Shown here in pieces: positions 22,471 through 31,400 of a stretch of 64,000 nucleotides of DNA. The notes below the pieces were generated by a model. It was not told where the DNA came from. It worked only from the letters and a program-made list of their open reading frames with translations, and did no database searches. How positions within the stretch are numbered: position 1 is the first letter of the stretch; the number at the start of each line of letters is the position of its first letter. This stretch comes from Fidelibacterota bacterium (GTDB lineage Bacteria; Fidelibacterota; UBA2242), in assembly GCA_049975265.1 (NCBI GenBank), contig JBNGDF010000001.1, forward strand, positions 64,001 to 128,000, written 5' to 3'. The position numbers and the translations under genes are program-made.

Positions 22471-23214
22471 TCAATTGCGGGGCTGACGGCAGAGGGAATA
22501 GTAGGTATCCTTTTCGGCATCATACCAGCGGGATACGATTGTTGAATTACGGATTGTTTCATCATACGATTGCCGCAGGATGTGCGATTCGATCACAAAA
22601 CGGCTATCACGCCGTGCCGTGTGAGTCGATTGCGTCTGAACCGTTAAATTTTTCCCCAGGTCAAAGCGGGCATATTCATCAGCGTCTTTCCAGGCGCGCA
22701 CCCAGGATGAATAGTTCGATACCATTCCGATACCATAGTTGTATTTTTTTGACCGAGGCAGATGGTTAGTCCATTTTGGACGATCACTCCACTCTTTATC
22801 ATTGCCGGAGACATGCCGGTCGGCGCTTCCGGCTGGATATGCAATCAGGATGAAGTAGCCCTCGTCGCTGAAGGAGGAGTCGAGAACGGTAAAGTTGTCA
22901 TAGATTTGAGCGATTCGGCTCGCATCATAGCAGAGTTCGAATGAGGGATTGAGCAGGCGGTATCTACCGTCGGAAAACTCCTCCAGCTCAAAGACAAGGC
23001 GGGTTTCCAGCTGCTTTGCCAGATTTGAAACAGCCGTAGAGATGGCTGCCTCCTGGGCGAGAGAACGATCGATATATTTACCGGAATAACCGACGGCAAA
23101 GTAGGTTCCTGGAGGTGATTCCGGTAGCTGTTCAAACCATGCGGGGATAACTTTTTGAGCGGGAGCAAACCACACGGCAAAAGAGATAACCAGCAGAGTC
23201 AGGAGTTGTCTCAT
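22471..23214 (-). CDS. Exported protein with two LPP20-like domains
   Basis: Signal peptide; repeated PxW...Y(A/G)(V/I)G...A...A...L(A/G)K modules (PAWF..YFAVG; PKWT..YGIG). Confidence 0.55.
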   Translation of the reverse strand: MRQLLTLLVISFAVWFAPAQKVIPAWFEQLPESPPGTYFAVGYSGKYIDRSLAQEAAISTAVSNLAKQLETRLVFELEEFSDGRYRLLNPSFELCYDASRIAQIYDNFTVLDSSFSDEGYFILIAYPAGSADRHVSGNDKEWSDRPKWTNHLPRSKKYNYGIGMVSNYSSWVRAWKDADEYARFDLGKNLTVQTQSTHTARRDSRFVIESHILRQSYDETIRNSTIVSRWYDAEKDTYYSLCRQPRN

Positions 23215-23222
23215 AATAAGAG

Positions 23223-23252
23223 CAGCCCGCCACCAGGGGCGATAGCGGGCTG
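23223..23252. other. Intergenic GC-rich stem-loop inside the envelope operon
   Basis: CAGCCCGC (23223-23230) ... GCGGGCTG (23245-23252); no long U-tract. Confidence 0.6.
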
Positions 23253-23261
23253 TCTGTTGAG

Positions 23262-23813
23262 TTAATCGCCGACGGCTTCCAGTTTTTGGATCTCTTTTTC
23301 CAGCTCGTCAAAACTGAGATTGGCTTTAGCCTCGTTATAAAGCGCTTTCTGCTTTTTGGCTTCGTTGATGGTTTCCTGAATCAGGCTGTTCAGATTATAC
23401 TCTGCCAGAGAGTAGGCGTGATACATTGAGCCTTCGGTTTTCATCTCCCGTTTGACGATACGGGCTCCGTTGAGAACATTATTGGAAATCTGTTTACTGA
23501 CGGAGGATGTGAATTCCAGAGCTTCGGCATCCTCGCCTAAACCGCTCTCCTGCATGAAGTTCTTCAGCATATTGGATACCTTTACTTCGATCGTGCGGGA
23601 GATAGCATCACGGGCGCGGGCGTCGGCAGCCTCTTTGGCGAGTGACATGCTCTGCTTGGCGGCGTCGCCGGCTTCATAGATGGCGTCCTCAGCCTGAGGA
23701 GGATTCAGATACCATTCCGGAATGTCATTCATCTTAGCCTTTGGTTTTCCGCCGCAATCAAGCAGCAGGAATACCAGTGGAATCAAGAGTGCGATGATGA
23801 TCAGTTTTTTCAT
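23262..23813 (-). CDS. LPP20-family lipoprotein
   Basis: AGGAG SD; MKKLIII...LLLDC lipobox-like; IPEWYLNPP..AIYEAG..AKEAADARARDAISRTIEVKV. Confidence 0.75.
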   Translation of the reverse strand: MKKLIIIALLIPLVFLLLDCGGKPKAKMNDIPEWYLNPPQAEDAIYEAGDAAKQSMSLAKEAADARARDAISRTIEVKVSNMLKNFMQESGLGEDAEALEFTSSVSKQISNNVLNGARIVKREMKTEGSMYHAYSLAEYNLNSLIQETINEAKKQKALYNEAKANLSFDELEKEIQKLEAVGD

Positions 23814-23849
23814 TTTTGGGCTCCTTTCATGTGTTATCATGTTTGTTAT

Positions 23850-25190
23850 TTATGGTTGGATTGCCGCTTGTAGGAAGGCGGCAAATCGGGATGTTGAAAA
23901 ACGTATGTTTTCAGTAGCTTTTTGGACCGCCTGATCCCGCGCGCCGACGGCTAGTCCTTTACCATGTCCGCTAACCGCAGCCAACTGCACACCGTTGTCT
24001 TTATTGATAAGCTCCAAGGGTAGTTCCACTTCAATAAAATACTGTTTTCCTGCAGGAGAAGGTATCTGTTTCTCACCGGTGATTGCCAGCTGACCGCGAA
24101 TGATAATGGCTGCAGATGGGTCAATCGTTGCGCCGTTTTCACTGATTAACGGCTTGACGATACTGTCAATTGCCGGGTCTGGCTTTCCCTGTAGGTTTTT
24201 TATATCGAGAGCGACGGACAGATCTCCTGTTATTACACGATATTCAGCGGAGACGTTTAATTTCGGTGTTTTGTCACGATAGCGTTCCGGAAGATTGCTG
24301 AATACAGGTGTGAAAATGACGGATCCGCCGGGAGCTGCCAGCACTGTTACGGAGACTGTGCCGTCATGGTCGGTGATAAATTGTCCGATCTTCTCACCGT
24401 TGGAGTATTTTACCGTAACGGGAATATTTTGAATGTCGACCACTCTGCCGGAAGGATCGCTGGCAGACAGCCTGACCCGGATAGGCTCATTCAGGGGAGT
24501 GCCGGTTTTCCCGTGTTGATTGTTGCCGCTGACGACGGTGATCTGCAGGGAGGATAGCAGTTCATCGGCTTCTGAGATGATGGCAGCCGGAGAGACAACC
24601 CGTGCGTCCTGATAACGTTTACCAGTCAATGCCGTGTAGAGACTGCTTTTGACATAATATTGAGGAATTTCATTTTCGGCGGAAAGATATTTATCGAGAG
24701 CGGCGGTTAATTCACCTTTTGCCGCCAGATCCCGGGCGTTTTGCAGATACTGGTGTACCGCTGTGGAAATGTCTGTCATGCTCTTTTCTAAACCGGCTAG
24801 ATAGTTAGCTTTATTCATTACCGCCAGGGCGTAGTATTGACCCCTTTTCTTCTGCACCTCTTTAATTTCGATGCCGGCGATGGTTTCGGAAACGGCTGTT
24901 TTTGTGCGGGATGTAATTTCGGATGTGACCATATGCCGATCATCTTCGCCGAATTCCTGCTCTACGGTTTCCAGCTCCGATTCGATTTTGACCTGAATCT
25001 GTTTGGCAACGTCAGCGCGGGCAAGTTCAACCGCCCGGGTTTTATCGTCGGAAATCCCGACACCGAGGAGATATTTGGATGATGGGTATTTTTTATGGGT
25101 GTTCGTTTTAGCCCAGTCCGGCATCTGGGAAAAGCCCAGCGCGGGAATCAGACATATCATAAATAGTAGTTTAAGGGGATAATGATTCAC
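23850..25190 (-). CDS. LPP20-domain exported protein with central Ig-like domain
   Basis: Signal peptide; MPDWAK..YLLGVG..ARADVAKQIQVKIES; VSGNNQHG..PLNEPIRV Ig-like segment. Confidence 0.65.
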   Translation of the reverse strand: MNHYPLKLLFMICLIPALGFSQMPDWAKTNTHKKYPSSKYLLGVGISDDKTRAVELARADVAKQIQVKIESELETVEQEFGEDDRHMVTSEITSRTKTAVSETIAGIEIKEVQKKRGQYYALAVMNKANYLAGLEKSMTDISTAVHQYLQNARDLAAKGELTAALDKYLSAENEIPQYYVKSSLYTALTGKRYQDARVVSPAAIISEADELLSSLQITVVSGNNQHGKTGTPLNEPIRVRLSASDPSGRVVDIQNIPVTVKYSNGEKIGQFITDHDGTVSVTVLAAPGGSVIFTPVFSNLPERYRDKTPKLNVSAEYRVITGDLSVALDIKNLQGKPDPAIDSIVKPLISENGATIDPSAAIIIRGQLAITGEKQIPSPAGKQYFIEVELPLELINKDNGVQLAAVSGHGKGLAVGARDQAVQKATENIRFSTSRFAAFLQAAIQP

Positions 25191-25199
25191 GGCTTGCTC

Positions 25200-26468
25200 C
25201 TATTCTTCTGCGACGGATAACAGAATTAATTTTCTGGAAACCGAGACCCGTTTGAGTGAGCCGGGTCCCCGGTAGCTCTGTTTGACGGCGTGGTAGACAT
25301 CGGTTGCAGCGGAGTATTGTCCGGGGTCGACCCAGAGAGAGATGTCGTAGGTATACTCAGCCACGACATTTTCCTTTACCTGGGAGGCGAAGGTTTTACA
25401 GGCATCACCCACTGCAAAGATGATCTCCTCCGCCCGATCCGGCTCGAAAGACTGGTTAACAGTGACAATGCATTTGTATTGAATGCCTCTCTGAATATCG
25501 GATTTCCAGTAACTGGTGATTCGGCTGATGACCTTATCAACAGCGTCGTTCATCGCCTCTTCGATCAGGGCGGCATTGGTTGCTGTGGGGCGCTCCTGAC
25601 TGTAGCCGGTATCGGTTCCCAGCAGGCGCCCTGTGGTGGTTTCGTAGGCGCGGCAGCCGACGACGGCTTTGTGAACCCTGGTAGAGCCGATATTGCGGCT
25701 GCTGATGGCGATATTGTAGGAGATATAGACGTCGCTGCCGACGGAGAGCGCCAGCAGGTAGCTGTAATCTTCGGTGCTTCCATTCAGGTCATACTGGGTG
25801 GCGGTCAGTTCCCGCAAGACCTGCTGCTGTTCAGGAACAGTGACAGAAAACTGTTTTGAAGAAAGGTGGGATTCGATCACCTCTGCCCCCTTTTTGATGT
25901 CCGGGTCCTGAGCCAGCAGGTCCAGAGGCGCAACATCGTTTTTCGATTCAGGAATGACCATGATCGTCGGTTGACCTACGGCGGCGGATATGGCGGTTCT
26001 TTTTTGCAGGATCGCATTGTCCACCAGGAACTCTTCGAGCAACTTCCTGTTTATTTTGAATGTTTTCTCGATTTTCAGTGTCTTTCCGCCATCGGTTTTT
26101 AACCGTTTATCGTAGTAGTCGGCTTCCCAGGTGATGAAGCGCCGCAGGTTCTCCATGGCATAGAATGATGATTCGATTTTCTGAAAAGCGGTTTTTTCAA
26201 TGTCGGTCTGCAGGAGCGGGTCACTGCCGCCCATCAGTACAAACCAGACCGCAGTTCTGGCGGCGTCGGTGTCGGCGCTTTTATCGAGAGTTTTCGCTTT
26301 CGGCTTGCGGTGCTTTGTGTCGATTCCAAGCCCGGTCGCCCGGATCAGCACCTCCGTGGGTGACGAGACCTCGAGTAAGGTCGCTTCCCGTGAGCGTGGC
26401 AGATCGGCGCCCAGCATGGAGAACGTCAATGTAAAGAGAAAAAAACCTGTTATGCAGTACGGTTTCAT
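25200..26468 (-). CDS. DUF6175-like exported protein
   Basis: Signal peptide; PTIMVIP...RAYETTTGRLLG...AMNDAVDKV pattern recalled from DUF6175 and FlgT middle-domain-like proteins. Confidence 0.55.
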   Translation of the reverse strand: MKPYCITGFFLFTLTFSMLGADLPRSREATLLEVSSPTEVLIRATGLGIDTKHRKPKAKTLDKSADTDAARTAVWFVLMGGSDPLLQTDIEKTAFQKIESSFYAMENLRRFITWEADYYDKRLKTDGGKTLKIEKTFKINRKLLEEFLVDNAILQKRTAISAAVGQPTIMVIPESKNDVAPLDLLAQDPDIKKGAEVIESHLSSKQFSVTVPEQQQVLRELTATQYDLNGSTEDYSYLLALSVGSDVYISYNIAISSRNIGSTRVHKAVVGCRAYETTTGRLLGTDTGYSQERPTATNAALIEEAMNDAVDKVISRITSYWKSDIQRGIQYKCIVTVNQSFEPDRAEEIIFAVGDACKTFASQVKENVVAEYTYDISLWVDPGQYSAATDVYHAVKQSYRGPGSLKRVSVSRKLILLSVAEE

Positions 26469-28258
26469 CGGTTGATTTCCATGTTTTTCATCTGGTTTTG
26501 AAAAATGGCAGCGGGATTAAAGGGCAACGTCGGCGGAGAAAAGTGGACATAGAGACCGAAGGTGGAACTGTAGCTGAAGAATTTCGGAGCGGCGGCGCCG
26601 GACATGTTTTGAATATCTACCTCTTTATCACCATACTTGACGGTCCACCAATCGATTGGTGGAAAGGCTTGTACGCCGGCGAAAATACCCACGTTGCAAT
26701 CGATATTGACGGCATACTCCAGCCCGACATTCAGACGCACACCAACGGTGTAGTTGGAGATAGTCACATTTTTCCTGTCTTCATCAGTGTAAAAATCCTG
26801 TCCGCGTATTTTGCCGGTGGAGATGACCTGGGTTCCAAGACTGGCTTCTCCGTGCAGAGCAAAGGGACCGAGATAAGCGCGTTTCAGATAACCGGCATAG
26901 CCATAAAACAGTCCGGCGACCCAATTTTCGACCGGGAAAAGGTCAAGCCAGGAATAATCCGCGTCCCAAAATTTATAATCAAAGATAACACTCCTTACCG
27001 GCAGAGCACTCACTGTACCACCGAATACGAGGAAGGTCTGGCGCCTGTTCACCAGGCTGGCGATATTCCACTGAAAGTTCATGTCAAGCCCGATGGTATT
27101 ACCGCTATAATCGTCAAAGTAGACAACAAACCCTTCTTTGAAATTCGTCATGAATCCTTCTTCAACGGTTGCCCGGAACCAGCGCGGGCGCCAGGCGATA
27201 TCAATTCCCAGTCTTGGGTGTTCTACGATCATCATTCCCCGTGACCAATCACCCTTTTTGATGGCGACCGCCTCTGAAAGTTGTCCGCCGGGTGAGCGAT
27301 TGTCGACAACTGTGCTCACGCGCACAAAACCGGATTTTCGGAACGATATATTGTCGGCATCGCCTTCGTACCATTCGCCGACAAAAAAGGGGTCATCGAG
27401 GTGAATGCCTTCGGCGGCTCCTAGGGGGAAACGAATTTTGCGACGCTGAATTTCCGCAATCGGCGCGGACAATTTGAACATATCCAATTCTCGCGTTAAG
27501 ATCTCCAGATTCATCGCCAGCGTGTTGGCAGCGCTCCAGAAAGCGTATTCTTTGGGTGCTAACTTACTTCCCAGAGCGGTGTAGGAATCGTCGGTATCGA
27601 TGGTAGCGGTGGCTTCGGAGCTGAGCCGGGTGATTTTTTCGATCCGTGGATTGTCGCCGGCGATGACGTGATACCAAAGCAGACCCCCCGCCAGGGAAAC
27701 CTCAATCTCCTCTTTATCATCGATTTTTCTGCTGTTGTATTTGCTGATAAAGGGGATGTACAGGTAGGCGGAGTTCATGATCTGCTCCAGCTGCTGGGCG
27801 GTGATGCCACTCTCTTTGGCTTTGAGAGCGATGAAGGAGTTGCGCTGTGCGTCGGTGAGTAACTTTTGAGCGCGGATTTCTTTATAAAGATCCAGAATGT
27901 TGATTATTTCGGGCACAAGTGTTGCCGAGATGTGTGCTTCCAGCTCATCTTCCGTTATGTGCATATCCTGGTAGAGAGAGGTTTTGAAGGAGGTTTGGAT
28001 TTTTTCCGGAAGCGGATTGTAATCGAACCGGGCGATTTGAATGCCGGTATTGATGGCATTTGTGAAGAGCATTTCTTCCTTTTCGGACAGGTGGATATTG
28101 CCGATGGTGAGAATGGTTGTGGGATGGGAAATTGACTTGCGGGTATAGCCGGTTGCCGACTGCGCCGGAGCTGACGACCCGGCAACTGCCAGAAAGGTGC
28201 CGGAGACAGTGAAAAGCATGAGCATATTGTTGATAAAACGCTGTTTCGGACTGTTCAT
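26465..28258 (-). CDS. Exported protein with FlgT-C-like segment and C-terminal outer-membrane beta-barrel-like region
   Basis: Signal peptide from MNSPKQRF; IRFPLGAAEGIHLDDPFFV; alternating aromatic beta-strands (GVRLNVGLEY, FGLYVHF). Confidence 0.5.
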   Translation of the reverse strand: MNSPKQRFINNMLMLFTVSGTFLAVAGSSAPAQSATGYTRKSISHPTTILTIGNIHLSEKEEMLFTNAINTGIQIARFDYNPLPEKIQTSFKTSLYQDMHITEDELEAHISATLVPEIINILDLYKEIRAQKLLTDAQRNSFIALKAKESGITAQQLEQIMNSAYLYIPFISKYNSRKIDDKEEIEVSLAGGLLWYHVIAGDNPRIEKITRLSSEATATIDTDDSYTALGSKLAPKEYAFWSAANTLAMNLEILTRELDMFKLSAPIAEIQRRKIRFPLGAAEGIHLDDPFFVGEWYEGDADNISFRKSGFVRVSTVVDNRSPGGQLSEAVAIKKGDWSRGMMIVEHPRLGIDIAWRPRWFRATVEEGFMTNFKEGFVVYFDDYSGNTIGLDMNFQWNIASLVNRRQTFLVFGGTVSALPVRSVIFDYKFWDADYSWLDLFPVENWVAGLFYGYAGYLKRAYLGPFALHGEASLGTQVISTGKIRGQDFYTDEDRKNVTISNYTVGVRLNVGLEYAVNIDCNVGIFAGVQAFPPIDWWTVKYGDKEVDIQNMSGAAAPKFFSYSSTFGLYVHFSPPTLPFNPAAIFQNQMKNMEINR

Positions 28259-28345
28259 CGATCTTTTGATCTTAGCTTGTTTATTTCTGTTAAATTTCGA
28301 TCTCACCAGCTTTGATGTCAACTCTTTTCTTTGTGATGTCGGGGG

Positions 28346-28385
28346 CAATATTAATATTGACATTATGTGATTTGGCTCATAAAAT
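28346..28385 (+). promoter_or_regulatory. Sigma70 promoter with overlapping 14-bp palindrome
   Basis: TTGACA (28357-28362)-17 bp-TAAAAT (28380-28385); perfect palindrome CAATATTAATATTG at 28346-28359. Confidence 0.7.
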
Positions 28386-28417
28386 TGCAGTGTAAATATT
28401 GCTGGTTTACCGATCAG

Positions 28418-31400
28418 ATGATAAAGAGAATCTACCCGCTGTTATATGTTTTATTCTGGTTGTTGCTGACAAGTATTCTGCGCTCCCAGGCGCTGGTCAT
28501 CAACGAGGTCATGTTCGATGCCGTCGGTGCCGATTCGTATGATGAGTACATCGAGCTGGTCAATATTGGGGACACTCCGGTCGGTCTTGAGGGGTGTTTT
28601 TTTAGAATAAATGATAACGTGGATACGATCAAATGTAATGGAACCGCAGATATTTTAAATCCAGGAGCGTTCGGATTGATCCTGGATCGGGGATATTTAA
28701 TTGATCATTTGTCGACAACCTATGATGCGATTATCCCGGACGGTGCGGTTTTATGTACCGTTCGTGATGATGCGTTTGGTAGCAATGGTATTCCCAATTC
28801 TGCGCCGGCAACCATCGTATTATGTTCGCCTGAGGGTGACACGCTTTCTGTAATGCAAACCAAGCCCGATCAGGTCTCCGGATATTCGGAAGAACGTATC
28901 GATGTGTACGGTCTGGACAATCTGTCAAATTGGGGCAATTCGCTCTGTCTGTACGGGACGCCCGGATTTGAGAACAGCATAGCCATCAGGGATTACGATC
29001 TGGGCATTACCCGCCTTGTTTTACTAAGTGAATGTGGATTTATTCCTTCCCAGAGAGAAGGGGAGTTTGAAATCGGGATACAGAATTTCGGGCGCTATCT
29101 TTTTGCTGAAGCGGAAATCCGGTTCGGTGTGGATGAAAACGGCGACTCGCTGCTGCAATCCGGTGAAGTGATCCATACGAAGCAGGTAAGTCTGGCATCT
29201 GGCGATTCGACGACGATCCGGGTTGCTCTACCTGCACCAAAACCGGGCTTTCACCGGGTTCTCTGTACCATTGTTGAAAGTGATGGCAATCCCGATAATA
29301 ATCTTGAGTTTTTAGATGTAAAGGTCGCCTATCCGACGGGGTGTCTGGCGATTAACGAGTTTATGTATGCACCGCTAACCGGTTTCGGTGGCGAGTGGAT
29401 TGAGCTGTTGAATGTTTCTGAAGATACGGTAAATTTGGCATTTTGGCAGATTTGTGATGCCACCAGCCGGGTCGTGATTTCTGCTCATGATATATACATT
29501 CCACCTCATGAATACGCCGTTTTGACTTCCGATGCAACGATGCCGGATCATTGGAATCCGGGAGGTGTTTTTGTGTTGCTGGAAACGTCCCTGCCGACGC
29601 TGAATAATACTGAAGATTCTGTTGTGGTCAGAGACCACTGTGGGCAGGTTGTCGACTCGTTGAAATATTCCAGCAGTTGGGGGTATCAGCAGGGCGTCTC
29701 ATTGGAGCGCATTGATGCACGGGCAAACAGTGATCAGGCGGAGAACTGGACGCTGTCGCGGGAATCCGCAGGCGGGACACCGGGGTATGAAAACAGTGTG
29801 AAGATCAGGGAATATGATCTTGCGATCACCCGGATTGGTTTGCAGGATGAGTCTGTGATATTGAACCCGGGCGATATTGCCGCTTTGTATGTGGTTGTGA
29901 AGAATATTGGGCGGAGAACAGTGGACAACGCCGAACTGTTTCTCGGAATTGATACAAACGGTGACTCGATTCTGCAGCAGCGTGAAGTTCTCTACATGGA
30001 TATTTTGACGATCGCCCAGGGTGATTCGGTGGTTTTGTATCCCGGCATTCTGGATGTTCGATCGGGGAAGAATTGTGTCATCGGACAGATTATGACGGCT
30101 GACGACAATCATCGCAACAACATCGCCTTTTACAGTTTTAATGTATCTTATCTATCCGGACAGGTGGCAATCAATGAATTTATGTATGTGCCGGCTGCCG
30201 GGCAGGGCGGCGAATGGGTTGAACTACTGAACGTATCCGAAGATATGGTAAATTTGGCATCTTGGCAGATTTGTGATGCCGCCAGCCAGGCGGTGATTGC
30301 CGACCATGATATATGCATTCCACCACAGGGGTATGCCGTCCTCTCGTCCGACGAAGCCGTTTCGGATATATGGAATCCGGGAGGTGTTTTTGTGTTGCTG
30401 GAAACGTCCCTGCCGACGCTGAATAATACCAGCGACTCAATTGTTGTTCGGGATTTGTGCGGAAAGGTGATTGATTCATTGAAGTATACCAGCAGCTGGG
30501 GTTACCGGCAGGGCGTCTCGCTGGAGAGAATCAATCCCTTTGCGGAGAGTGGTGTGGCGGACAATTGGCGGTTGTCGGTGGATTCGAGTGGAGGAACGCC
30601 GGGTTTTCCGAATAGCCAAATGATCAAAAACGATGATCTGGCGCTCGATACGATCTATGTCGATACAGAATATCCCTCTCATAATACCCCTTTTGAAATC
30701 AAATACCGCGTCGGTAACAGAGGATTGGCAACCGTTGAATCATATTCCGTGTATCTGGGCATTAATCTGCCCGCCGCGGCGGTGTCGGGGACAATTGTAA
30801 TGGACACGATTCTCTATTATGAGAACCTGTTACCGACCGGGGTGGTGGAGACTCACTCACTGACGGTGGATTCGATTCCTGGGGGTGTCTATGAGATCTA
30901 TTGTGAAACATTTCTTCAGGGTGATGAGCAGCCGGAGAACGATTGGGACAGCTGCGCCCTTGTGATCGGCTACCCACCGGGATGCCTGGTTATTAGTGAG
31001 GTGATGAATGTTCCCGAATCCGGCGAATCGGAGTGGTTTGAAATATACAATCCATCGGATTTTCATGTAGACCTGAACCGTTGGTCGTTTCGGGATGCCG
31101 GTGGTGGGTGGCAGATGATTGCCGATCAGACAACTATTCTCGAATCTTCCGGTTTCCTTATTATTGCCGCAAGGCAGGATTTTCTGCAGACCTATCCCCA
31201 ATTCACGGGCGAGCTGATTGTTCCGGAGAAATTTCCTATACTAAACAATTCTTCAGATTCGCTTTTTCTGGCTGACGGTACGAGCCGTATGATCGAAAAA
31301 GTATTCTTCAGGCAGGATTGGGGAGGTGCTGCCGGGATCAGCATTGAAAGGAGGGATCCAAATTCGCCGGCGCTTAATGCGTTGAATTGGGGAAGCTCGG

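Noticed and set aside
26498..27244. 248-aa plus-strand ORF opposite the barrel gene
   Set aside because: Antisense shadow with no protein-like features.
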